Numbered from the stretch's first letter, positions 35,381 to 44,073 are shown. The stretch is DNA of 56,125 nucleotides from Omnitrophica bacterium RIFCSPHIGHO2_02_FULL_51_18 (GCA_001804125.1 MHFI01000004.1:1-56125); one strand, 5' to 3'. The notes: generated by a model from the letters alone, not told the origin. Program-made: numbers and translations.

Positions 35381-36880
35381 GTGAAAACGACCCTGACAAA
35401 TGACAAAGAGATCTTCGATTTTTTTAAGTCACATGAGAGTCTGAGGAAACTCCGCGTTTCTTACGATTTCCTGCTGGGTCATCCGATTTGGTGGGTGTCT
35501 TTTAAATTAAACGGCCAACCGAAGCTTTTCGAGAAATCTTTGGAGGGCTCCTATGAAATTTGGCATGATCCTCGGGTTCGGAGACTGCGTACCACCCAGG
35601 CGATAGCCGACGTTTTGAAACGACGGTCGAAGGAAAAAAGTCCTTATTTATTTACGATCGAAAAGAAGCTCTTGAATTTTTGCGTGCCGCTTGTGATGGA
35701 CGACCGTCTGATCGGTTATTTCGGGCTGATCGGCTTGAAGAACGGGATCTCGCAGGAAACGCTGGATATGTTTTCCGAACACCTCCATTTGATTCTCGAT
35801 AATTGCGCAAAAAAAGAAGAAATCAGCCGGCTTTCAGCGACGATACGTCCGCGGGCCATCGCACTTTCCACGGTGCATACGGTTCACCGCATCATTAATT
35901 CTACCTTAAATCTGGACGAACTCATTTCGCGGCTTGCGCACTTAACGGCGCAAGTATTGCGATCCAACCGCTGTTCTATTTATCTTTTTGAGAAGCCAAA
36001 GAAACACCTGGTGTGCAAGGCGCTCGTCGGCTATCCAAAAACGAAAGCGAAACACGCCAAAATCCTTGTGAGTTCATCCGGTTCCGAGGGCCGTGTGGCC
36101 AAAACGGCAAAATCGGTTTTAAGAAAATCAACAATCTGCATCCCGCTGATCGACGAGGACGTGATCGGGGTGCTGACGGTGACGGATAAAAAGGACAAAA
36201 AGGGATTCTCTTATTTTGATCTTGAGATCCTGACGACGCTCGCCGAAGAAGCGGTGATTGCGATTAAAAACGCCCAACTTTATGAGGAGCAAAGAAAAGT
36301 GACGCTCGGGACCATCCAATCGCTGGCGGTGATCCTGGGCACGCGCATCCCAAACATGGCTTCGCCCGAGGCTTTCTTAAGGATCGCGCTCCGCATGGCG
36401 GAGGAACTGCATCTAAGCGAAGAAGACACACAGGCGCTTCATTATGCGACGCTTTTGAAAGATACGGCCAAGATCGGGATTCCTGAAGAGATCTTAAAAA
36501 AGCCGACAAAGCTCACCGGAGAAGAATACCAATTGATCCGTGAGCACCCGATCAAGGGCGCTAAGATCGTGCAGTCGTTTGAAAGCCTTAAAACGGTGGT
36601 TCCGATTATTCTTTATTCGCGCGAGAAGTTTGACGGCACCGGTTACCCCGAAGGCCTGAAGGGGGACAAGATCCCCATAGGCGCCAGGGCTCTCTCCGTG
36701 ATCAACGCGTTTGAAGCGATTATTACGGGCCGGCCGTACCGGAATCGTGTGACCTTGAAAGAGGCGCTGGATGAGATCACCCGGAACAGCGGCACGCAGT
36801 TTGATCCAAAAATTGTGGAGGTGTTTATCCACATCGTGCAAAAAGAGGGATATTACAAATACATTCAACATGCCCATTAA
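35381..36880 (+). CDS. GAF domain protein with degenerate HD-GYP domain
   Basis: The central GAF-like region includes SNRCSIYLFE...VIGVLTVTDKK. The C-terminal HD-GYP fold keeps FDGTGYPEGLKGDKIP, but HD reads KD (LLKDTAKIG) and HHE reads SRE. Confidence 0.8.
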   Translation: MKTTLTNDKEIFDFFKSHESLRKLRVSYDFLLGHPIWWVSFKLNGQPKLFEKSLEGSYEIWHDPRVRRLRTTQAIADVLKRRSKEKSPYLFTIEKKLLNFCVPLVMDDRLIGYFGLIGLKNGISQETLDMFSEHLHLILDNCAKKEEISRLSATIRPRAIALSTVHTVHRIINSTLNLDELISRLAHLTAQVLRSNRCSIYLFEKPKKHLVCKALVGYPKTKAKHAKILVSSSGSEGRVAKTAKSVLRKSTICIPLIDEDVIGVLTVTDKKDKKGFSYFDLEILTTLAEEAVIAIKNAQLYEEQRKVTLGTIQSLAVILGTRIPNMASPEAFLRIALRMAEELHLSEEDTQALHYATLLKDTAKIGIPEEILKKPTKLTGEEYQLIREHPIKGAKIVQSFESLKTVVPIILYSREKFDGTGYPEGLKGDKIPIGARALSVINAFEAIITGRPYRNRVTLKEALDEITRNSGTQFDPKIVEVFIHIVQKEGYYKYIQHAH

Positions 36881-37142
36881 AGCAGGTTCTCGAACCAGGA
36901 TTTTAAAGTCCGACATTTACCAGGCGATCCTCGGGTTTTTTCTTGAGAATGAGGGGAGCGTGGACACGCCTCGCGGGATTGCCACCTGGATCGACGCGAG
37001 CCTCATCAAAGTCCGCGTGGCTCTGGAAGCATTGGCGGAGATGAATTGTTTAAAGGCCCATCGAACCCCCTCCACCATCGGGTACTCCTGCCTGTTGTCA
37101 AAAAAAGAGCTCGCCTCCCTGACTTCCAAGATAAGTAAGTGA
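36870..37142 (+). CDS. hypothetical small protein (possible winged-helix)
   Basis: Internal Met of ORF 36771..37142, overlapping the upstream stop by 11 nt. 90 aa with no recognisable motif. Confidence 0.4.
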   Translation: MPIKAGSRTRILKSDIYQAILGFFLENEGSVDTPRGIATWIDASLIKVRVALEALAEMNCLKAHRTPSTIGYSCLLSKKELASLTSKISK

Positions 37143-37822
37143 GAATCCTTTCCATTCTTATTTTATTGGTTGTTCTTCTATTGGCGCTGAGCTACTGGCT
37201 GCCGATCGAAGGGGCTTGGCTCGACCCCTTTTTGTCCGCTTACTTTTCCCGTAAATTCGGTATTAACGTTTCGGTTCACCACGCCAGGATCGAACGCTGG
37301 AGGAGGACCCATTTTGATTCTGCGGATATTTCAGCGGCTCCGGATTCCCCAAAGCTTCATTCGGGGCCGGGCCTCATGGAATTAAAGGCGTTTCCTTTTC
37401 GGACCCAAGGTCGTGAAGAGACGGTGGTGGTCATGGAAAACCTGACGGTGCCTGCCGATTTTTATAAAAAAGCGGCGCTTTCGCTGTTGACTAAGATGGA
37501 TCTGTCGGAACAGGCGCTGACCGTGGACCGGTTGCGACTCAGTATTTCAAGGGCCGAGGCGGGTATTGGCTATCATCTCGTGGAATGCGTTTCAAAAGAC
37601 TTCCGTTTACAAGGAGGAGTCACGGTTAATAAATCAAAAATACACCGTATCCATTTATTGCTTTTGCTTCATAATCCATTGCTTGAAAGGTTTCCCGCCT
37701 TATTCAGGTCCCGTCTTATCCGGAGGCCGGATGATTGGCAGGGCTTAAGGGTCTTGTATCACCCGCATACGCTGACGGCCATCGGAGGGAAAGGCCCGTT
37801 TTTTAAGGCGGATTGGAGCTGA
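37139..37822 (+). CDS. hypothetical membrane-anchored protein
   Basis: GTGA overlap start. N-terminal helix ILSILILLVVLLLALSYWL. No recognised family. Confidence 0.5.
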   Translation: MRILSILILLVVLLLALSYWLPIEGAWLDPFLSAYFSRKFGINVSVHHARIERWRRTHFDSADISAAPDSPKLHSGPGLMELKAFPFRTQGREETVVVMENLTVPADFYKKAALSLLTKMDLSEQALTVDRLRLSISRAEAGIGYHLVECVSKDFRLQGGVTVNKSKIHRIHLLLLLHNPLLERFPALFRSRLIRRPDDWQGLRVLYHPHTLTAIGGKGPFFKADWS

Positions 37823-37858
37823 ATTTGGTATACTACCGCCCGGTTAAAACCTGTAAAA

Positions 37859-38476
37859 ATGACGGAGATTAAGCAAGACGAGATACAGCAGGAGTTTTTT
37901 GGAGATTTGGGGGCTCCCGCCTCCAAATCAAAACCCCGGTTTCCCTCGCTTCAGAAAGCGCAGAAACCGATTCTGATCAGCACCTCGATTGAGCAGATTC
38001 TTCTGGCCGGCATTCTCCTGGTTTTAACCGCTTGTTTAGTGTTCTTTTTAGGGATTTTAAGAGGGAAGTCGTTGACAACCTCCGCTCGGCCGGGCATTGC
38101 CTCCGTTAAGCCGGCGGCGGCCACGCCGCAAGGCAGGAACTCGACGGTCCGTCAACCGTCTGTATCCGTCGCTTCCATGGACAGAAAAATAGCGCAGGCG
38201 CAACAAGCAACGCTTAAGGCGAAGGAAGCCCTTCCCGGAGCGTTGGTTCCTGGCCTTGGAAAGCCGTACACGATTCAGCTGGTGACGTATAAAAAAGAGG
38301 ATTTGGCGGAAAAAGAGGTGGCAGGGTTACGCAAGAAAGGGCACACCGCATTTATTATTCCCAGCGGTGATTATTATCAGGTTTGTGCCGGGCAGTATGT
38401 TTCAAAAGAGGATGCGCATAGAAACCTGAAGAATTTCTCGGATAAATTTCGGGATTGTTTTATCCGGCGCAGATAA
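37859..38476 (+). CDS. SPOR domain protein (peptidoglycan-binding, single TM)
   Basis: TM helix ILLAGILLVLTACLVFFLGIL. C-terminal YTIQLVTYKKEDLAEKEVAGLRKKGHTAFIIPSGDYYQVCAGQY is a SPOR repeat. Confidence 0.75.
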   Translation: MTEIKQDEIQQEFFGDLGAPASKSKPRFPSLQKAQKPILISTSIEQILLAGILLVLTACLVFFLGILRGKSLTTSARPGIASVKPAAATPQGRNSTVRQPSVSVASMDRKIAQAQQATLKAKEALPGALVPGLGKPYTIQLVTYKKEDLAEKEVAGLRKKGHTAFIIPSGDYYQVCAGQYVSKEDAHRNLKNFSDKFRDCFIRRR

Positions 38477-38504
38477 TATTTAATAAAGAGGGGATCATAA
38501 GGCC

Positions 38505-38771
38505 ATGTCTATTCATTCGAGTCTCAGGGGCGGTGGAAAAGGGAAAAAACACCGTTCCGTTTTGAAAAGGTACGAACGTCTTAAGATTCTAAAGGACAAA
38601 AAGCTTTGGAGCGAGGAGCGTTCGGTGCTGGGCATTCCAAAAGTTAAAATGCAGAGATTGAAAGTCAAGAAAGAGAAAGCGGCGGAAGCGGCTGTTCCGG
38701 CCTCGGCCGGCGCCGCTGGCCCGGAGAAGCCCGCGGCCCCTCCGACGCCTCAAGCCGTGAAAGCTCAGTAA
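38505..38771 (+). CDS. small basic protein (TIGR04137-like)
   Basis: MSIHSSLRGGGKGKKHRSVLKRYERLKILKDKKLW matches my recollection of the PVC-group small basic protein family. SD GAGGGGA lies upstream. Confidence 0.55.
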   Translation: MSIHSSLRGGGKGKKHRSVLKRYERLKILKDKKLWSEERSVLGIPKVKMQRLKVKKEKAAEAAVPASAGAAGPEKPAAPPTPQAVKAQ

Positions 38772-39880
38772 TGCCTACGGTCCGCGTCGCGCTGAAAGAA
38801 AGATCTTATCCTGTCTTCATCGGTCGGGGGGGGTTCTCGGATGCCGGGCGGATTTTAAGAAAGCAAAGACTTGCCCAGTACCGCGCGGTGATCGTCTCCC
38901 AGAAACCCGTTGCGGATTTATACGCCGACTCTCTCAAGAGTGCGTTGTTGCGCGAAGGAATTGAGCCCTGTTTTTTTATCGCGCCTTATTCCAAGAGTTC
39001 TGAGAGCTCGAAGTCCCAGGCCGTTTTTTTAAAACTGATCCGCGCGTTGTCCAGCGCCGACGGCAAAGGCAAATCACTTTTTTTAGTGGCGCTGGGCGGT
39101 GGAGTCGTGGGGGACCTGACGGGGTTTGCAGCCTCCGTTTATCGCCGCGGCATCCCGTACGTGCAGATTCCTACGACGCTGACGGCGCAGGTCGATTCGG
39201 CCATCGGCGGCAAGACCTCGATTGATTTGCCGCAAGGCAAGAATCTCTTGGGAGCTATCTATCAACCGAGGCTTGTGTTATCGGACACGAGTCTTTTGGA
39301 CAGCCTTCCGGACAGGCATTGGAGCGACGGGTTTGCGGAAGTTATCAAGTACGGCGTGATTAAAGACCCGCATTTATTTTTAATGTTGGAAAGAGAAGGG
39401 CTCGGGGAGTTTCGGAAAAACCATCGGTTACTTGAAAAGGTCATACAACGCTCGGTAAAAATCAAGGCCAAGCTGGTTTCCCGGGATGAATGGGACAAGA
39501 GGGACGTTCGCATGGTGCTGAATTTCGGGCACACCGCGGGGCACGCGATTGAGGCGGCCTCCGGCTACTCAGGCCGCTACACGCACGGAGAGGCCGTGGG
39601 GGTCGGGATGCTCGTCGCATGCGATATCGCTAAAGCGTTGGGTGTTCTTAAGGATCCGACGCTTATTGAGAGGCTCGAGAAAACCTTGCTTAAGTTCAAC
39701 CTGCCCCTTTATACCAAAGCACTTTCGACGGAGGCGCTGTTAAGGGCCATGGGTTACGATAAAAAGACAGAACTTGGCGCCAACCGCTTCGTTCTGCCTG
39801 TTTACCTTGGAAAGACGACGATCGTAAAAAATATCCCGCTGACGGTTATTTCTAATTGTCTTTTAAAACGGAAAGGCTAG
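38771..39880 (+). CDS. aroB: 3-dehydroquinate synthase
   Basis: GGGVVGDLTGFAA, QIPTTLTAQVDSAIGGKT and NFGHTAGHAIE. Confidence 0.92.
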   Translation: MPTVRVALKERSYPVFIGRGGFSDAGRILRKQRLAQYRAVIVSQKPVADLYADSLKSALLREGIEPCFFIAPYSKSSESSKSQAVFLKLIRALSSADGKGKSLFLVALGGGVVGDLTGFAASVYRRGIPYVQIPTTLTAQVDSAIGGKTSIDLPQGKNLLGAIYQPRLVLSDTSLLDSLPDRHWSDGFAEVIKYGVIKDPHLFLMLEREGLGEFRKNHRLLEKVIQRSVKIKAKLVSRDEWDKRDVRMVLNFGHTAGHAIEAASGYSGRYTHGEAVGVGMLVACDIAKALGVLKDPTLIERLEKTLLKFNLPLYTKALSTEALLRAMGYDKKTELGANRFVLPVYLGKTTIVKNIPLTVISNCLLKRKG

Positions 39881-39892
39881 AAGTTAAGGGAT

Positions 39893-40417
39893 TTACTCGG
39901 GAACCGACAGCGTAATCTCTTCGCCCTGGTAGAGCAGTTTGACTTCGCCTGGGCTTACCTTCGTAAGTTTTGCACCGCCGCTCTCTTCACCCGTTCTCAT
40001 CACCTTATCGTTGAGAATGCAGTAAGAACCTTCCTGAGAAAATACAATGCCGGTCAGGTTTAGTTTGGGCGGGACGGCCAGAGGAATCTCTTCAAGACCG
40101 AACTGGGTTTTTCTGTTTTGAAGCGAAGTGCTTGCAGGGACGCTTGCGGCTTCTATCGGTACCTCGTAAGACGCCTTGGAAGGCGCCGAAGACCCAAAAA
40201 AAACCGGCCGTTTGAAGGAGGTGGAGAAAACCGGGGCAATCAGCGGGCCCGTGATCAAAAAAAGCACCATCAGCACAAAAATGGGGCCCCAGTTAATCTG
40301 CCTCTGTTTTTTTTGGACTTCAAATCCAATATTTTGCCGTAATTCACCCTGACCGTGCAACGGCTCAAGATCTTTCAAGTTCCCGGCCTTTTTTAAGGCG
40401 TCATTGATGATGCTCAT
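39893..40417 (-). CDS. GspB/ExeB-like protein (partner of ExeA-like ATPase)
   Basis: N-terminus MSIINDALKKA, a single TM helix (WGPIFVLMVLFLITGPLIAPVF), and an ATGA-type overlap with the upstream ExeA-like gene. Confidence 0.55.
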   Translation of the reverse strand: MSIINDALKKAGNLKDLEPLHGQGELRQNIGFEVQKKQRQINWGPIFVLMVLFLITGPLIAPVFSTSFKRPVFFGSSAPSKASYEVPIEAASVPASTSLQNRKTQFGLEEIPLAVPPKLNLTGIVFSQEGSYCILNDKVMRTGEESGGAKLTKVSPGEVKLLYQGEEITLSVPE

Positions 40418-41232
40418 GAATCGCTTCCTCCCTCAATTTCTTGAATGCATTGCCTGATGATGGACGGCTCAATCACTCTTTTTTCCAGCACAAAACCGGT
40501 CAGAAGTGCTTTGTCGCACACGATATTGATAAGCCTTGGGATGCCGCCGGAGTAATTGTAGATTTCCCCGATCGCTTTTTCTTCGAACACCGGCGCGGCC
40601 CCGTTGGCGCCCGCCAGTTTTAACCGGTGCTCAATGTAGCGCGGAACCTCCTCCTTGTCCAACGCCTTCATATGATAGCGCACCGAAATTCTTTGGCGGA
40701 GTTGGCGCAGTTTGGGGGAGTTCAATTTTTCTCTGAGCTCGGGCTGTCCCACGAGCACAATTTGAAGCAACTTTTCGTTTTCAGCCTCGAGATTGGACAA
40801 CATGCGGATCTGTTCCAAGAGCCGCAGACTCAAGTTTTGCGCCTCGTCGATAATCACCACCACATTGTTATTGAGCGCGAGTTGTTCAATCAAAAAGCGG
40901 TTGAGATCCGAAAAAAGCCCGCCCCGTGTTTTCTTGTCCGTTTTGATCCCCAGGTCCTCGATGATCGTTTGCAGAAGCTGGAGTTCGCTCAAACTCGAAT
41001 TGAAAATAAACGCTGTTTTTGTTTTTTCATCCAGCTGATTCAGGAGCGCGCGGCAGATCGTGGTTTTTCCGGTCCCAACTTCACCGGTAATTTCAATAAA
41101 ACCCACGCGTTCTTTGATTCCGTAAGTGAGGTACGACAGAGCCTCTTTATGCCTCTGGCTTAAATACAAAAAAAAAGGATTGCTTGTGATTGCGAAAGGC
41201 TTCCGCTTGAGGGAGTAGAAGGACTCATACAT
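40414..41232 (-). CDS. ExeA/GspA-like AAA ATPase
   Basis: PFFLYLSQRHKEAL, Walker A GEVGTGKTT, and Walker B VVIIDEAQNL. No peptidoglycan-binding tail. Confidence 0.85.
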   Translation of the reverse strand: MYESFYSLKRKPFAITSNPFFLYLSQRHKEALSYLTYGIKERVGFIEITGEVGTGKTTICRALLNQLDEKTKTAFIFNSSLSELQLLQTIIEDLGIKTDKKTRGGLFSDLNRFLIEQLALNNNVVVIIDEAQNLSLRLLEQIRMLSNLEAENEKLLQIVLVGQPELREKLNSPKLRQLRQRISVRYHMKALDKEEVPRYIEHRLKLAGANGAAPVFEEKAIGEIYNYSGGIPRLINIVCDKALLTGFVLEKRVIEPSIIRQCIQEIEGGSDS

Positions 41233-41290
41233 GCTCTGAACCCATGGATGTCATTCTAACTCGATCCCACGAAATTGTAAAGCTCCAGAA

Positions 41291-41345
41291 TGTGGAAAAT
41301 GTGGAAAATAAGAGTTGACAACGGTGCCATTTTTGCTAAGATAAT
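41291..41345 (+). promoter_or_regulatory. candidate promoter with tandem 9-mers upstream
   Basis: TGTGGAAAA twice in tandem (41291-41308). TTGACA (41315-41320), a 16 nt spacer, then TAAGAT (41337-41342). It lies upstream of the gene at 41415. Confidence 0.45.
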
Positions 41346-41414
41346 TCCAGTAAAAAGAGCATAATGTTTTATTAAATTCTTAGCATTTTTAGAGCTCGGG
41401 AAGCGGGGGAATTG

Positions 41415-41741
41415 ATGAAAAGGATCGCGATGAGGAGGCTCGTTCCGGGCGTGATTTGTGTCCTGGTGCTTTCGGCCGCAACCGTTTGTTTCGCGAATGA
41501 TGCATTCACTAAACTTGGCCGCGGCGTCGCAAATGCGTTGACGGGTTGGGTGGAGCTTCCGAAGAACATTTACAACGTCAGCGTCGAGGAAAATGCGCTT
41601 GCGGGAGTGACACTGGGACTGGCGAAAGGCGCCGGAATGACGATTGTTCGTACCGGTGCGGGTATTTATGAAATCGCCACTTTCCCGTTCCCATTGCCAC
41701 AGGATTACAAGCCTATTCTTGAACCCGAGTACGTTTTTTAA
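41415..41741 (+). CDS. exosortase-system-associated TIGR04073-like secreted protein
   Basis: Signal peptide, then FTKLGRGVANALTGWVELPKNIY and GAGIYEIATFPFP motifs. Confidence 0.6.
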   Translation: MKRIAMRRLVPGVICVLVLSAATVCFANDAFTKLGRGVANALTGWVELPKNIYNVSVEENALAGVTLGLAKGAGMTIVRTGAGIYEIATFPFPLPQDYKPILEPEYVF

Positions 41742-41770
41742 TTAAGCGCGCCCCGTCGCTTTTGGATTTA

Positions 41771-41806
41771 AAAATCCCCTTGTGAAAAACAAGGGGATTT
41801 TTGTTT
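41771..41806 (+). terminator. Rho-independent terminator
   Basis: AAATCCCCTTG-tgaaaaa-CAAGGGGATTT followed by TTTTGTTT. Confidence 0.85.
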
Positions 41807-41812
41807 CCTAAC

Positions 41813-41899
41813 CGTCATTCTGAGGTCGCCGTGGCGGCCGAAGAATCTCAAAAACGAGATCCTTCGCCCGCCACGAATCATGGCGGGCTCAGGATGACG
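41813..41899. repeat. palindromic element, sub-family D
   Basis: CGTCATTCTGAG...CGAAGAATCTCAAAAACGAGATCCTTCG-CCCGCCacgaatcatGGCGGG-CTCAGGATGACG. Confidence 0.9.
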
Positions 41900-41989
41900 T
41901 GGGTCAACTGGTGCGCTTTTCGGATAAGTGTATATTTTTATATAATCCTAGTAACTTTTAAGACAGCAATTAACTCGTTTCGTATTTGC

Positions 41990-42018
41990 TTGACAAAAAT
42001 CAACCATTTTGTTTAAAT
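41990..42018 (+). promoter_or_regulatory. candidate promoter of the HTH-PilZ-patatin operon
   Basis: TTGACA (41990-41995), a 17 nt spacer, then TTAAAT (42013-42018). SD GGAGGA at 42046-42051. Confidence 0.45.
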
Positions 42019-42059
42019 GAAATTCCCTTCGGTTCTCATTTTGATGGAGGAAACGCCTA

Positions 42060-42254
42060 GTGAACAGAAAACTGATAGAGAACGAGACAGACGAAGATAA
42101 GGCGCTTACGACAGAAAATGCTTGCCAGTTTTTGAGCATCAGCCGTCAGACGCTTTACAAGCTCGTAAAATCCAAAAAAATCCCCGGCCGCAAAGTGGGG
42201 GACAACTACCGTTTCCTAAGAAGCGACCTGATTCGCTATTTTAAGAACGACTGA
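42060..42254 (+). CDS. excisionase-family (HTH_17/MerR-like) DNA-binding protein
   Basis: 64 aa with a GTG start. LTTENACQFLSISRQTLYKLVKSKKIPGRKVGDNYRF. Confidence 0.7.
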   Translation: MNRKLIENETDEDKALTTENACQFLSISRQTLYKLVKSKKIPGRKVGDNYRFLRSDLIRYFKND

Positions 42255-42259
42255 GCTCA

Positions 42260-42640
42260 TTGACTCATTCCGTGAAGCAAAAAACAACTGAACGCCGCAA
42301 ATACATGCGTTTCAACACTCCGATGGACGTGGAGTATAAAACGTTGACTCTCAACCCCATTTTTGGGAAGGCGTTGGCCAAGGATTTAAGCCGCGAGGGA
42401 TTGTGCGTCGAAACAAAGCATAAGCTGCCGATCGGCACGACGCTTGAGCTTTCATTGAACGTGCCGGGTGATAATCTTCCGGTATTCGCCACCGGCAAAG
42501 TGGCCTGGGCGGACGGCATAGAGGCCGGACTTAAGCTCACGAAAATCAGCCAGAAGGACCGGGTGAGAGTTTTGGAGCATGTTTACAAAGAATGGTTGAG
42601 GAATAACACCCGTAGATCATTTGGGGAACATTCTCCTTAA
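42260..42640 (+). CDS. PilZ domain protein 1
   Basis: RRKYMR (RxxxR) and DLSREG (DxSxxG). Non-ATG start (TTG 42260 or GTG 42272). Confidence 0.8.
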   Translation: MTHSVKQKTTERRKYMRFNTPMDVEYKTLTLNPIFGKALAKDLSREGLCVETKHKLPIGTTLELSLNVPGDNLPVFATGKVAWADGIEAGLKLTKISQKDRVRVLEHVYKEWLRNNTRRSFGEHSP

Positions 42641-42657
42641 GAATCTCAGGTCCCGCT

Positions 42658-43008
42658 ATGGTCGAAAAACGCAAGTACATTCGTCTGAAAGCCCCCATCG
42701 GCGTCACTTATCACCTGGTGAAAAAACACAAGCGCCCCAGGATTCATAAGAGCCTTGTCCGGAATATAGGCGGGGGAGGAATGAGCCTGCTCGTGAATGA
42801 TGATTTACGTGCGGGGGATTTACTTCAGTTGGAAATACAGATTCCGCATTTGGAGGACCCCGTGGTTGCAGTAGGCGAAGTGGTTTGGTTTGTGCGTTGC
42901 CAAGGCGCGATCCCTGCGGCGCGGGAAGCAGGCCTCAAGTTCAGGGACATAAGGCCCGGGGAGCTCCATCATATTTTAGAATATGTGCACGCCGTCGGGA
43001 TCGGTTAG
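42658..43008 (+). CDS. PilZ domain protein 2
   Basis: KRKYIR (RxxxR) and NIGGGG, a variant of NxSxxG with Ser replaced by Gly. Confidence 0.8.
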   Translation: MVEKRKYIRLKAPIGVTYHLVKKHKRPRIHKSLVRNIGGGGMSLLVNDDLRAGDLLQLEIQIPHLEDPVVAVGEVVWFVRCQGAIPAAREAGLKFRDIRPGELHHILEYVHAVGIG

Positions 43009-43011
43009 ACC

Positions 43012-43437
43012 ATGCACGCGCTGAATGATTTCTTTGCCCGGCTTTCGCGGCTTCTGAAAAAGGACGGAAGGTACAAGGAAGAGGCTTATTTATTTGTGAT
43101 GAATGCGCTGAATCACGCCGTGGAGCGTCTCGGTAAACCCGGGCACGTGACGGGTCAGGAGCTTTTGAGGGCCATTCAGGAAGAGGCCCAGACGCAGTTT
43201 GGTCCGATGTCCGCCACGGTTTTTCAGCATTGGGGCATTAAAAATAGTCTTGATTTTGGACTCCTAGTGTTTAAGATGGTCGAGGAAGGCATTCTTTCAA
43301 AAACAGAAACGGACCGTTTGGAAGATTTTAGGAACGAGTCGTTTTTCGATAGTCTTTTTAACGGGGAGTCCCATTACCGATTATTGGATGAGGAGTGGAA
43401 GGAAACGGAGAAACTGAAATGGCAGAGCAAGCAGTAA
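43012..43437 (+). CDS. Minf_1886-like (TIGR04138-like) protein
   Basis: KDGRYKEEAYLFVMNALNHAVERLGKPGHVTGQELL...FGPMSATVFQHWGIKNSLDFGLLVFKMVEEGIL resembles that PVC-group family from memory. Confidence 0.5.
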   Translation: MHALNDFFARLSRLLKKDGRYKEEAYLFVMNALNHAVERLGKPGHVTGQELLRAIQEEAQTQFGPMSATVFQHWGIKNSLDFGLLVFKMVEEGILSKTETDRLEDFRNESFFDSLFNGESHYRLLDEEWKETEKLKWQSKQ

Positions 43438-43706
43438 AACAAGAGGTTAAACAACCGGCCGCCGGCACCGGGGAACAGGCGCCGCAAAAGGTCAAAAAGA
43501 AAAAACTGAGGCCCACGAATTGTGTTCAATCCAATAAGCGCATTCGCCGCAAGGACTGGTACTACCGGGACGGAAAATATTTTGCGAACAAGCAGTGCTT
43601 TAAACTTTGGATGAAGCAGGAGGCAGAGAAAGCCAAGAAGGCCGGCGAAGAGGCCGCCGCCAGTGCCGCCGCTCAAGGCCACACCGCCGAGCCAAACGCC
43701 GCGTGA
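43419..43706 (+). CDS. hypothetical Lys/Arg-rich small protein
   Basis: Internal Met of ORF 43395..43706. It has a KKKKLRPTNCVQSNKRIRRKDWYYRDGKYFANKQCF core with two Cys and an Ala-rich tail. No family recognised. Confidence 0.4.
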   Translation: MAEQAVKQEVKQPAAGTGEQAPQKVKKKKLRPTNCVQSNKRIRRKDWYYRDGKYFANKQCFKLWMKQEAEKAKKAGEEAAASAAAQGHTAEPNAA

Positions 43707-44068
43707 GGACGCCCAAGCGGATCCTCGATCGCCGGCGTTCGGTTCGTATCGAAGAAAATCTGCCCTTTCGGATAGGTCATGAAGACTATGAGACGGAAGC
43801 AAGGACTCTGAATATCTCGAGCCACGGCGCCCTGTGCGTTGTGGATCGGGATATTCCGCTGATGACACAGCTAAAGATTGGGCTTTCAATTCCTTCGGGG
43901 ACGCCGCCCCGCCAAAAAGAACACACGATCCGCTTAAAAGGGGTGGTGGTCCGCAAGGAAGAAGACGGGGTTACCGGAAAGTTTTACATCGCCGTTTATT
44001 TTTCCAATATCAGTCCGAAAGATCTGAAGACATTGCAGGATTACGTCGAGCATCGCCCCCAACCATAA
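43703..44068 (+). CDS. PilZ domain protein 3
   Basis: GTG 43703 (GTGA overlap with the upstream stop), in frame with ORF 43607..44068. RRRSVR (RxxxR) and NISSHG (NxSxxG). Confidence 0.72.
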   Translation: MRTPKRILDRRRSVRIEENLPFRIGHEDYETEARTLNISSHGALCVVDRDIPLMTQLKIGLSIPSGTPPRQKEHTIRLKGVVVRKEEDGVTGKFYIAVYFSNISPKDLKTLQDYVEHRPQP

Positions 44069-44073
44069 AGTTG

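Noticed and set aside
7711-41899. Whether the repeated palindromes constitute a CRISPR array.
   Set aside because: The copies are kilobases apart, sit between genes, are internally palindromic over more than 80 nt, and have no regular repeat-spacer periodicity. No cas genes are present.
43834-44073. 80-codon N-terminal extension of the patatin ORF, and extension 43607-43702 of PilZ 3.
   Set aside because: The extensions overlap the preceding genes in other frames and are Arg-rich. Starts at 44074 (ATG) and 43703 (GTG) fit the tight operon spacing and the domain boundaries.
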